Shown here in pieces: positions 12,001-22,565 of a stretch of 64,000 nucleotides of DNA (the stretch's first letter is position 1; every line of letters begins with the position of its first letter). Origin of the DNA: Puccinia triticina (Eukaryota); contig CP110440.1 of NCBI GenBank assembly GCA_026914245.1, positions 1,364,001-1,428,000 of the forward strand. Direction: 5' to 3'. A program made the translations under genes and the position numbers. The notes under the pieces were generated by a model, which was not told the DNA's origin, did not search any database, and was given only the letters and a program-made list of their open reading frames with translations.

Positions 12001-12831
12001 AATAGACTCAAACCAGCTTCAAAAAATATATATAGGGCCTTGGAAAAATGACTCCCAGGCCTTAGGAAAACAACTCCCAGAATTGAGTTACGTCTGTGGG
12101 GCCGCGCCCGGCAATCCTGACATGGTCACCTCGACCATCTCCTTGGTCGTGGACTTTTTGGAAGTCGTTCTACCAATTGCAATGCCGCAACTGGGAGTCA
12201 CTGAGATAAGTTCCCTGACCACATCTTATTAATATTTTTTATTATTTTTGAGAGTTGGCCAACTAAAAACTCTGCCCGTGTGGGAGTTGGACTAAATCCA
12301 AGTTTATTAAAATCACAGAAACATGGAAGGCAAGATCCAAGTTTTTGACTGTTCTCATTAGCAAAATTCCCATAAAAGTTGAAATCAATCCCCAAACACC
12401 CTGGAGGGCACCTCGGATTAGGAGGCCCTAATCAAGTGATTAGTGGGCTCCAGGGAGGGGGTAGGACGAAACCGGTTCCCCTGGGGGCAATACCACCTCC
12501 ACCCCCCCCCCCCCCCTTATATATCCTTGCCCACCTCAACCACTCTCTGTGTTGCCAACTGTTTTCTGGCTAACCAACAGTGAACACGCCCCCGTTGTAT
12601 CAACAACTGTTGCTTCCATGCCCCTGGGCCCTTGTTGCATCATCCTTGAACCAAGTGAGCTCCCTTGTTGTTACCCCCACACGCCGAATCAATTGATCAC
12701 TACAACCCCATCAGCCTTCAGGCCTCTCCAATTCAGACTCGCACGACCCCGCCTTCCCCTCGTCAACACTGCCGCCCGCCTCATCAACGTCAACAATTCA
12801 TTGTTCAACTTTCTTTTCAATTATCTCCCAA

Positions 12832-12977
12832 CCTGACAACAGAAAAATTGGCCCAAATAGGAAAGAAGTTCGAGAAAAGTAATGTTGCAGTCAATGTGGT
12901 CTTATTTAGATCTGAACCTGCGTCCAACGAGTAACGAATGCGCGCGTTGGTCAATGCAGTTGAGAGTGGAGGCAATT
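12832..12977 (+). pseudogene. Captured 26S proteasome Rpn10-like (VWA) fragment
   Basis: LTTEKLAQIGKKFEKSNVAVNVVLFRSEPASNE*RMRALVNAVESGGN resembles Rpn10 LxxLAKKLKKNNVAVDIVxFGE...L.AFV..VN. Internal stop. Confidence 0.6.
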
Positions 12978-13535
12978 TGATAAATGATTGTCATCCCAGG
13001 CAGTTCAACAGCTTCAATATGCTTCTCTCGGCCTGAATGACTGTAGATTTTGCTTGCCAGAGGGTGATATAAACTGCTTAAGATTCACTGTCTCCTGTCC
13101 AACAACTTGTCTTCCGCTTTGCACTGGTTAGAATGTCAGCTCAGAAAAAGATCTTGCAAACGGCTAAGGTGAGTCAAATGCCCGGGCCCACGTCTCCTTG
13201 AAACTGCACCAGTTTACCAGTTCTGATATTGGTTGCTGTTTTTGTCCCTTTTCTCTCTTTGATCTTAGCCCCCCCACAACCCCCAATGAGACCAAGCCCA
13301 AGCTATCCTTGATCTCGAGACTAACGTACCCAATCTCACCGCCGAACTTTGTCCCCTCCAAATCAGCACTGCTTGCGAGGTTGAGATCAAGGGTGGACGC
13401 AAGGGCATCTTCATCTTTGTACCTGTCCCTCAAGTCAAATATTTCCACAAAGTCCAAGGCCGGTGAATTAATCTTCATCCCCAGTGATCTGAATATATAT
13501 CACTCAAGGCTTACTTGTTGCCCTCTTGCTTGCAG

Positions 13536-13762
13536 CTGACCCGGGAACTGGAAAAGAAATTCTCCGATCACCATCTCGTCTTCATTGGTCAGTGACAAAT
13601 GATGTGTAAGCCTACCAGCAGCACCCGCCAAAAGCAACAGCGCCCACAATCCCGTAATCTGAAAGAAGTTCATGAAAAGATTTTGGAGGATTTGGTCTAC
13701 CCTACCAAAATCACTGGCAAACAAATCCGTTTCCACACCAACAGCTCCAAGGTGATGAAATG
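13536..13762 (+). pseudogene. RPS7: Captured 40S ribosomal protein eS7 exon fragment
   Basis: After an AG acceptor: LTRELEKKFSDHHLVFIGQ*QMMCKPTSSTRQKQQRPQSRNLKEVHEKILEDLVYPTKITGKQIRF, matching eS7 LTRELEKKFSDRHV...QKRPRSRTLTAVHDKILEDLV(F/Y)PTEIVGKR. Confidence 0.88.
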
Positions 13763-14416
13763 AATGAATTTCTGGTTTACCAGTTTTTTTAGTGGTAGAT
13801 CCTTTAACTTTTGAATATAAACATTAACAAGTGATTGTATTAAGACAAAAATTATTTATCTACATAAATACATCTCAGAAGTATGCCACGCTTGTGATTG
13901 TGGCAATTGGGTTCTGTAAGGGTAAGAAATGTGACTACCTCAAGTGTACAGCCATTCCCAAAAAGCTGTATATAGTTATGGATAAGAAAACACAAAGTTC
14001 AAAATTAAAGTAAATCATCTGACATCCCCAGAGGCAAACAGATGGAAAAATGTATGGATCAAATGACAGACCTGGTCAAAACTGAGAAACTTGAGAGGAC
14101 CAAGATTCATTCCTTAGACTATAACAAAGATAACTTGATGAGAGTGCAAAATAATGATAAAAATTTATCATATATGTACCTAAGAGCAATAGTGGCTGCT
14201 CTTTTGAATTGAGACAAGATTGAGATTTAAATAGATGAGATTAATAGAAAAGAGGAAGTTATTCCTTTTGGTGTTGCTTTCTTCATATCTGTCAAAGGTG
14301 GAATTATTGTCAGTCATGCCTGTGGATTCACTTTCTTTTGGGAAGTGTACTACCTTGACTTGACACACAAACTCTGCTATAGTGTCAATCAATTGCAGCA
14401 CGTTTTAACTTAGAAA

Positions 14417-17400
14417 CTAGAGGCCAAAGCGGCTACGCCGCTGCAGGGTGCAAGCCCCTCAACCCTCTTTCCCACTACTTTCCCCCAGCAAGCCTCTGCC
14501 TTCCCCCACGGCCCCAGGCAATGGCATAAAGTATCCCACTCAATTTGTGTGGGCCCTTTCAAGTCCTATGGAAACCCACTCCCATCTCCCCTGCAAGGTG
14601 CACTGCTCCGACTGCTAGCCACTCCCACCATCTCAGCAGTGTAAAATTCCGCCAACACTACAGGAAAACAGGGCCGCTGTTAGTGCCGCTATGCTAATGC
14701 TCAGATTCAGGGTGCTGTAGGGTAGCAGGCCACTGTTGCTTCTTCTCCTCTTGCAATTTGTCCTTCTGTTGAGATATGCTACTCAGAATATCCTCATGTG
14801 AGCTGTCCTGTAAACTGGCAATTGAATTATCATAATTCATGTGTTGTTTCAAACTTAGTGCATGTACATTCAATTAATTCTATTTTGATTATTATTAACC
14901 TCTGAATGTCATGGACTATATTTCCTTTCCTCCCATTGGTTGGCAGGTTTGTGGATGAAGAAGAAGTTCAACAAGCCTTGCTTGCTATCTTGAGACCAAT
15001 AAAGTTTCCAGGACCTTATGAGCAAGTGCAATAGGTTTTTGACATTGGTTAGGAAATATACCCTTTGCTTTGACAGGAAGCAAGGAAAACAACAGTACAG
15101 ATTCAAATCTAACCATCCTGCTGAAAAGGAAGAACATCACAACAAATTGTTTTTGAATGTAAACCAGAGGCAGCACTTGATGACTTTGAGTGTTTTTCAG
15201 TTGGTGCTCATGTCAAGCAAGTTTGCTGAAATATTTGAGATATTGCCTTAATTACTTTTGGGGACCCATGATGATGCCTGCATGTTATGCAAAATTGAAT
15301 CCTTTCTTAATCAAATCAAATTTTCATTGTCCTTACAAACAACAAATAACTGTTATTGGATGCTGATAAACATTTTTGCTATATAGTCAAGAACAAAAAG
15401 TACAACAACTGTAAAATGTTGGGTGAGTGGTGGTGGATTTTGATCAATTTGATGACCACATGGACAATCAGGATGGCACACATTTGGAGATCAGCGGCAA
15501 GACCGTGAAATAAATCACATTCAACTCGGCAATCTGTGCACAGACAAAAAAAAAAATGACCTGTCCTGAAAGAGAAAAAAACAAAGATTTTAGGAGGAGG
15601 TTGTTGCAATATGATTGTGGAGTGAGCGTACCCAGCCACAACTGACTTCAACTGGGTCTTGAACACTGTGAATTTTGTTAAAAGGGGCAGATGGGAGGTT
15701 GAGGAGAAGGCGTAGGTCATTGTTGAGGTCGGCGGCGGACAGGAGATTGGGTCAGATTCTCTTAATCAAAGAGGCAATGACAGCCAGGTAAGCAACCATG
15801 AGGGATTGGCAATTGGACAGGCGGAGTTAGATGCCCTCCCAGCCGGGGAAGCTTAGCTGGACCGAGCTTAACTAAGCCTCTCCGAGGAGTCGCGAAGCGT
15901 CTCCGAAGGACGGGAGGGTGCTCGCGCCCCGCGAGCACAGGGAGGGACTTTTGTTAAGTTCGTAGCTGGACGGCCTTCATGTCCTTGATCATGATGAATC
16001 TCAGGCCCGGGATGCCGAGGTCTTTGGCTGTTGAGGTGGTGTGGCGGCGGTGGGTCTTTGAGGAGGCCGTTGCAGCTGTGTTGGTCAGAAAACCAAAATT
16101 TTAGGTGCTGGGGCTCAAAGGCCACAACTTTAGCCCACCAAAAATCTTGAATTGTTCAAGCTTAAGCGGAATCACAATATGCACCTCGAATCCCTCTGGG
16201 CCTTTTTGAATGCAATCCAAAACCTGGATTTCCCCTTATTTACATAAGCAGGTTTAGTCAGAGCTCTCCAGGGTCCTGTTGCAACCACCACTCCGCCAAC
16301 CTTTGACTTTCTTTTTTGGGAATAACCTAGCCTCAATTCAAAGCATCGGGCGCCACGCTGCTCTGGAGTCCGATCAGTAATGAGTCTTTTTCTAACAGAT
16401 GTTTTTCTTGTTACTATGTACACCAAGTACTTATAGGGAAAAAATCCAAATCAAGTTACGAAAAGACAACGCAAACAAAGAAAGGAGAGCAGTATTTCGT
16501 ATCTTTTAAGGCGAAGGGGGGAGGGGGAGACAAGGGCCAGGGAGAAAGAGGGAGAGAGAGAGGAAACAGGATTATAAGGATTACAATTACGAATCAAAAT
16601 TGTATTCAAATGAAGGAGGCAAATCAGCAATAGGACCATCTAGCAAAGCTCGATCAGGATCAGCAGCGCTTTCGGCAGCTGCGTTATTATTCGAGCCAGC
16701 TGGATTAGCGGCAGCCGCACCCGGATTAGTGGCCGCGTTTTTTAAAGAGCTCATTTCCAAGAATTCAGCAGGCTCGTCCGGTTTACGGTCTCTCATTACT
16801 AATATGCCACCTCCAGCGCCGGTCGCGATTGAGTCGGCCTGGCTCAGAATCGCATGTGCCACGCTGGTCGAGCTACCGGTCAATCCTACCTTGTGGTGGC
16901 TCTTCTGGGTCGCCGACGATGCTAGCAAAGGTCTCACCGGGACGTATCGTGAATCATTGGGGAAGGTGATGTATGGCAGCTGAGTGGCTGTGACCCTAGA
17001 GAGGTTCGAGAGCTTGTCAATCGAACCCTCGTCCTTTCTCCGCTTTGACGATTTAGTCTCTCCGTTCTCTGTCTTCGATACGTCCATCTTTGTCGAGTCT
17101 GCTCCCGGGCCATCGTCGATCTTCATTGCATCACTTGCTTGATGTGCTGTTGGACTTTCAGGTGCCTGAGTCTAGATTCAATGCCGTTTCAGTTCAACAG
17201 CAAAGTTAGAAGATGCTGAGAATGGTTAAAGGAAGCGCCACTTACCACTTCCATATCTTCTGCATTTAATTTTTTGAATGTGTGGCGTGGGATGTTTCCT
17301 GGGTTGTTGTTTGCCAGGGCAAGGACCACACATGGTATGTATGCGGGTTGTTGGGAGTGGCGTGTTGGGTGGCGCGGCGAGGTGGAGGTGCCACCAAGGC

Positions 17401-17765
17401 GGTTACGGTGACATAGGAAGGCGGGTGGCGTGGCCGTGGTCTGGCTAAAGGTGCGGTGCGGTGGGGTGTTGCTGGTGGGTATATAAAGAGGAGGGGGTGA
17501 GTCGTTTGATCCTCAGGGGATTCGGTTTCGTCCGCCCCCTCCCTGGGAGGCCCCGAACTGCTTGGTTAGGCCCTCCCTGGATAGTTTACCAACCGGCCCT
17601 CTTTTGCTCGTTGCTCCGGCACAGCTGGAGGGTCATCCATAGGGCCTTTGGGCCTTTGGGGATATTTCAACGTGCCAGGCAATTTTTGCCTAATTTTGTG
17701 AGAAAAAAAACACCCCAAAACTTAGATCTGCGGGTCTAGAATTCTGTGAATTTAAGAAAGTGGGA
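14417..17765 (-). mobile_element. Non-autonomous Helitron C, nested in B in the opposite orientation
   Basis: Minus-strand 5' A^TCCCACTTTCTTAAATTCACAGAA at 17765 and 3' GCGGC-GTA-GCCGC TTTGGCCT-CTAG^T at 14417. Empty site ...GAAA^TAAT... Confidence 0.82.
16587..17275 (-). pseudogene. RPN2: Captured 3' end of 26S proteasome subunit Rpn2 (last intron, last exon and stop), reading frame open
   Basis: KLSNLSRVTATQLPYITFPNDSRYVPVRP...GGGILVMRDRKPDEPAEFLEM...DLPPSFEYNFDS* is the Rpn2/PSMD1 C-terminus. Intron ~17172-17245 (GTAAGT...TAG). Upstream sequence is Helitron 5' DNA, not the Rpn2 body. Confidence 0.85.
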
Positions 17766-18009
17766 TAATATCATAATTTTCTTCAAATGAATATCAACTG
17801 CAGTGTGATGAGTCAGGTCCCAATCCATTACTGAAAAAATGGGCCTAGACTCTTTGAAGGAGGTCATACAGCTTACAAGGGGCTTGGGGATTTAAACCTG
17901 GTATTTGCAGCGGCAAAGCCGCCTTGGCCTCTAGTGCATATGATATCACACCAATCCTGGCACTTCACCGTAACCGTGATCAACCAACACAGCACGTAGT
18001 TGTACACAT

Positions 18010-18168
18010 ATGGTATTCTAAATTACATAAGATTTTTTTACATAAAATCATAAACTGCAATTTTGGCTGGGAGATGTCACTTCAAGTTTTATGCACGTTG
18101 ACATCTCCCAGCCAAAATTGGCTTTATGATTTTATGTAAACAGTGGCATATGCAATTTTGAATACCAT
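18010..18168. repeat. Long inverted repeat / hairpin in a CATAAAATCATAAA-motif tract
   Basis: TTTACATAAAATCATAAA..CAATTTTGGCTGGGAGATGTCA is mirrored by TGACATCTCCCAGCCAAAATTG..TTTATGATTTTATGTAAA. Confidence 0.7.
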
Positions 18169-18868
18169 AACACCACACAACTATGGTGTTCAAAGTTGAC
18201 TTGCATAAAATCATAACACCATAAAATCATAAAATTCTAAGCTGAAAAAAATATGTTGCACCCAAGCACTCAAATTAGAGCAACATTTCTAGAATGGTAC
18301 ATATGAAATCATCACTTGAAAGTTTTATAATTTTATGATTTTATGCATTGAAAATTTTATGATTTCAACTTTGGACACCCTTCATACTGTGATTCCAGGA
18401 ATGCTTGGACAGATTTTTGAGCTGTGAACTCCAAATCATGGAATCCTGACATTTGAGTTCAGCCTTCCTGCTGGGCAACAATAGGGGGCTGACATGCCAA
18501 GTTTGCAGCTGTGTTGGTCAGAAAACCAAAATTTTACCGGTGCTGTGGCTCAAAGGCCATAACTTTAGCCCACTGAAAATCTTGAATTGTTCAAACTTAA
18601 GCGGAATCACAATACAAAAAATCCCAACAGCTCAATCCAATCACTCCCCAACACTGGAGGACTTCCCGTCGAGTCTGGGAGCCTCCCAGATCTCAATTCA
18701 GACACCCAAATTCTTAATTTCTGACAAAAAGATAAGTGTTTTCCCAACCCTACAGTTTATTGATTTCATGTGCACTGGTTGATTTTTTGATAGGTGTCTT
18801 AATTTAGGATTTAGAGGGGCATCTAGAGCTCTCTAAATGACGACGGGAAGTCATCCACTCTAACCACC

Positions 18869-20070
18869 ATGTCTAATCAGGCTGACACCTCTTCGAGCTC
18901 CGTTCACGTTTCCTCAAACGCCGCAAAAACTGCCCAAGACCCTGACACCGCCAACGTTATGATAGCCGCCAAAGATATGATAGCTGCTACTGCGGCCGCT
19001 CAAGTCTACAAGAAGATGGTTTTCGGCCTTCCGACCGTGGTCAAAAGTCCTCTGGCCGCCAATCAAGCTACTGAAACCATCAAACCCCCACCGCGACCAA
19101 AGATATGATCGCCGCTTCCTCGGCCGCTCAAGCCTCCAAGAACATTTTTTTTGGCCTTCTTGCCGCCGGCGAAGCTCCTCCTGATGCGATTCCAGCAACT
19201 ACTAACGTTGTAAAGGCCCCGAACCCAATCGAAGATGTCATAGATCCCTTCCTCCTTCAGCTTTCCAAATCCAAAGAAGAAATTAAGATAAGCCCAAAAG
19301 ATCAACATACTGAAAAAGAGGAAGATGTAAATGGCGAGCTTGAGAAAGAAGATGATGATGATGAATTGAATGACAAGCTAGTTAGAGAAGACAAGGTCAT
19401 CACGAAGTTTTTGAATCTATTAGAGTCTCAGCCTGGTGACAAACAACACAAAGAGATACCGATACCTGACCATATTTCGGCAGAGAATCAACCGGCCGAG
19501 ATTGAATCTGAAGACAATCAACATAGCAAATCCTCCGATTCCAAAGGCCAAGAGCCGCATGAAGGCATTCCTCCTCCTTGTGGTATCTACGCGGATCCTG
19601 AATCCCTCAGGAGATCAGTCAAAGGATTCGCTGGACGCAACGGCTACGCTATCAGCACCAGGAGATCTGTGCGGGGAAAAAGTATCACTTTTAAATGCGA
19701 CAAGTGAGTTTTTACCCTCTCTCAAAGCAAACATGATCCATCAGTTATCGATAAGTTTAACTCGTGCACCCTCTTTTTCATTTTCAGGGGTGGTGATCTA
19801 AAACAAAACAAGCGTAAAGGCAATACCTGTGAACCCAATTCCTCTCGATTGATTGACCGTCCGTTCACAGCTGCCGCATGCTATCATAAGAAGGCAGGAC
19901 ATTGGAAATTCTCAGTTTCGGAACCGAAGCACAATCATCGCGCCTCTAAAAATGCGACAGCCCACACAGCCAACCAAAAACTAATAGATAGTCTCTATGA
20001 GAAAATGAAGAAGCTAGGTGAAGCTGGTTTAAAACCATCACAAATTCTTGAAGCACTCAAGAAAACCCAA
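18869..20070 (+). pseudogene. Mutator/MULE-type transposase 5' remnant (FAR1-like Zn DNA-binding domain), truncated
   Basis: SLRRSVKGFAGRNGYAISTRRS...FKCDK|intron ~19704-19787|GG...SRLIDRPF...WKFSVSEPKHNHRAS..AH...GLKPSQIL. No DDE domain follows. Confidence 0.7.
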
Positions 20071-20952
20071 AGGATTGCGAAAAGCATGCTTTGCCTGAGG
20101 CTTTGGAATGGCGTGTCAATTATGCCAGTTGTTTTGAGAAGACGAAAGAAAGAAAGATTCCATTCCCTACAACCCAATACTAGCACACTCATTTTATTTA
20201 CAACTCTCTTTAGTTTTGATTGATCTCTTGTTATTTCTTCCTTTCTCTCAGTAATTGGACAATCTTGTTCATTATTTGTACATGCACAAATTTAGTGCCT
20301 TTGCGGCTTAACATACATATTTGGTAAGGAATAGGTGTGACAACTGCCAAAAGTCTGACGCTCACAGTCTGTTTTAGTTGGCCAACTCTCAAAAATAACA
20401 AAAAATAATAAAAAGATGTGGTCGGGGAAATTATCTCAGCAACTCCCAGTTTGTAAGAAACGGAATTACGTTTCATTATGAAGCAGGACTTTAGTAAGAA
20501 TGATACGCGTAAATAAGCGTATATTGAAATGTGACAGAAACTTATCAGGACAACTAACCATTTTGGATATAGGTCGAGGACTTTTGACAGGAAGGCCAAA
20601 AAGGCGAAGAACTAGGAAATACGAAGCTTGTATTCTCTTTTTGTTCTAATTCCTTAAGAAAGTCCTGTACCAAATCAGGAAGTGCATTGACTTGTTAAAT
20701 AAGATAAAAGGAATTGTGTTTTCTTGTATATTTCTCTTTTCCTTTTTTTCTCTATTGTAATATCTTTGTTTTCTTCATTATCATCAGAAATTCGAAACAC
20801 TATCCAAAGTCTGTAAAACCTTTGTTGAAAATCTCAAACACTCCTTATCCGAATTTGAAATAGCGCCGTCGTTGTCATTAGCTAGTCTGTCGAAATTCGT
20901 GAGAAACCTTCTCTGGCCTGTCCAATCAATTCGCGTAATACTTTAGTCATTA

Positions 20953-21580
20953 CAGTGCCCCCCACGACTTCTCAACTACCCCGCACCTGCAAAAAAAAAT
21001 TGAACTTTGAACAATGTGTTCAAAGTCACCAGACATGTATCACATGTAAATTATACATTTTTGAGCCCTACAGACGTAGGAGAACTCAAAAATATAACTT
21101 TGAAGTCTGTGCAATGCCTCAAAAAAAAGTTTCATTTTTTCAGATGCAAAATTTGGAACAGCTGGTTTTAAGACCATAGTATGTGGTTACAGACATGTAC
21201 TATGGACTTATGGAATATTTATTATGTATTTAGAGACTAAATTATCTATGTACATACATACTACAGGTGTAGGTATTTATGAACATGTACCTCCTTAGTT
21301 ATTGTTGATTGCCATATCCATCAGTACACTCTTTGGAATGTGGCAATGTGAAGAATATTTCTTCATTGCTCTCTTGGCAGTGGGTCCAGTGAAATTTCAA
21401 TGACTTTGGACTATTATCATGCATGTTACCAGGTCTGGTTGGTGAAATGTGACATTTGCATCAAAAAATGGGCCAAAAAGAGCCCAGCATCAGCCCACTT
21501 TTAAAAGAATTTTTGGAAAAAAAATCTCCAAAATTTGGAACCCCCCTGTAGGGGTAGTTGAGAAGTCGTGGGGGGCACTG
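20953..21580. mobile_element. Tc1/mariner-type MITE (628 bp)
   Basis: Perfect 30-bp TIR CAGTGCCCCCCACGACTTCTCAACTACCCC at both ends, flanked by TA on each side. Confidence 0.92.
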
Positions 21581-21883
21581 TACACAGTTGCGGCATTGCA
21601 ATTAGGAGAACAACTCCCAAAAAGTCCGCGACCAAGGAGATGGTCGAGGCGACCATGTCAGGATCGCCGGGCGCAGCCCCACAGACGTAACTCAATTCTG
21701 GGAGTCGTTTTCCTAGGGCCTGGAAGTCGTTTTTCCAAGGCCCTATATAGCCGTCAAGTTGCTTCAGAGCCTCTGCGTATACCTTAGCTTGCCCCATTTA
21801 TGTATGTATCAATCTGTGTAATGTTTTGTTTTCCCCTCAGTGATCACACCAGTCACAGTGTCTTTGGCACATTACATCATATG

Positions 21884-22026
21884 TGTTGTGACTCGGGAGC
21901 AAGAGTGACAAATAAGGCATGGATTGACAAGCTCTCAGCCCGGACTCGGGATGAGATGGATACCGCGACTGCGGCGAGTGACACTAGGTGACACTGACAG
22001 AGTGCGTAGCCCTCTGGGCGACAACA
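21884..22026 (-). mobile_element. Solo LTR of the same Copia family
   Basis: TGTTGT...ACAACA, homologous to 10385-10517. 5-bp TSD ATATG at 21879-21883 and 22027-22031. Confidence 0.9.
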
Positions 22027-22565
22027 ATATGTAAATTTCCAATGATTTTGACACATTTCCACATGTTTCAAAATGTGGTTTCAATTAAGGTTCAAAAAAC
22101 CACGTATTTCACGCAGAATCCTATTTGCAAGAGATGTAGCAACCAATACAGGATTCATAATACTCTAACTCGTCTCTCCGCCAACAGGGACAACTTTCCT
22201 TAATCCCTCCTTAGGGTTTGTGCGGCTGCGGGACGGCGCACCCCTCTCTGTAACTTCGGGACGAGAGACTTGTTTGTTCGTGAGGCGAATGATGCTGCCG
22301 CGTTTGAACAAAGTTCATGCCCCTTATGGCCAACGCCACTCAATTGCATGTCAGATGGTAAACTTTTGAAACTTGTACAGATTTCCTGGTTGAGATCCCT
22401 TTCCCTGCGAGTTTAAGCATACCCCATGTTTTATTGTCCACCCAAAATTCCGCAAGGCATTGGTGACCCTCAGTTGAATATCTATGGTGGTCGGTTCTTA
22501 TCCGCGAGTATCAAACTCACTTTTGAAGCGGAGCTCTGTGGACCTCCAAACTGGACAGGCTGAGA

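Larger units (their letters stand above)
12297..17934 (+). mobile_element. Non-autonomous Helitron B (hosts nested Helitron C)
   Basis: 5' A^TCCAAGTTTATTAAAATCACAGAA; 3' GCGGC-AAA-GCCGC CTTGGCCT-CTAG^T. The reconstructed empty site is ...CTAAA^TGCAT... Confidence 0.75.

Noticed and set aside
8457..17275. Native functional G-beta, catalase, RPS7, RPN10 and RPN2 genes, or a proteasome gene cluster
   Set aside because: All are partial, most have stops, and all lie between Helitron termini. Two proteasome subunits in adjacent elements may be chance.
7302..17934. Autonomous Helitron (RepHel)
   Set aside because: No HUH Rep or Pif1-like helicase motifs were found in any of the three copies.
20070..20950. 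Possible LTR or other TE remnant after the MULE fragment
   Set aside because: No definable termini, TSD or second copy in the window.
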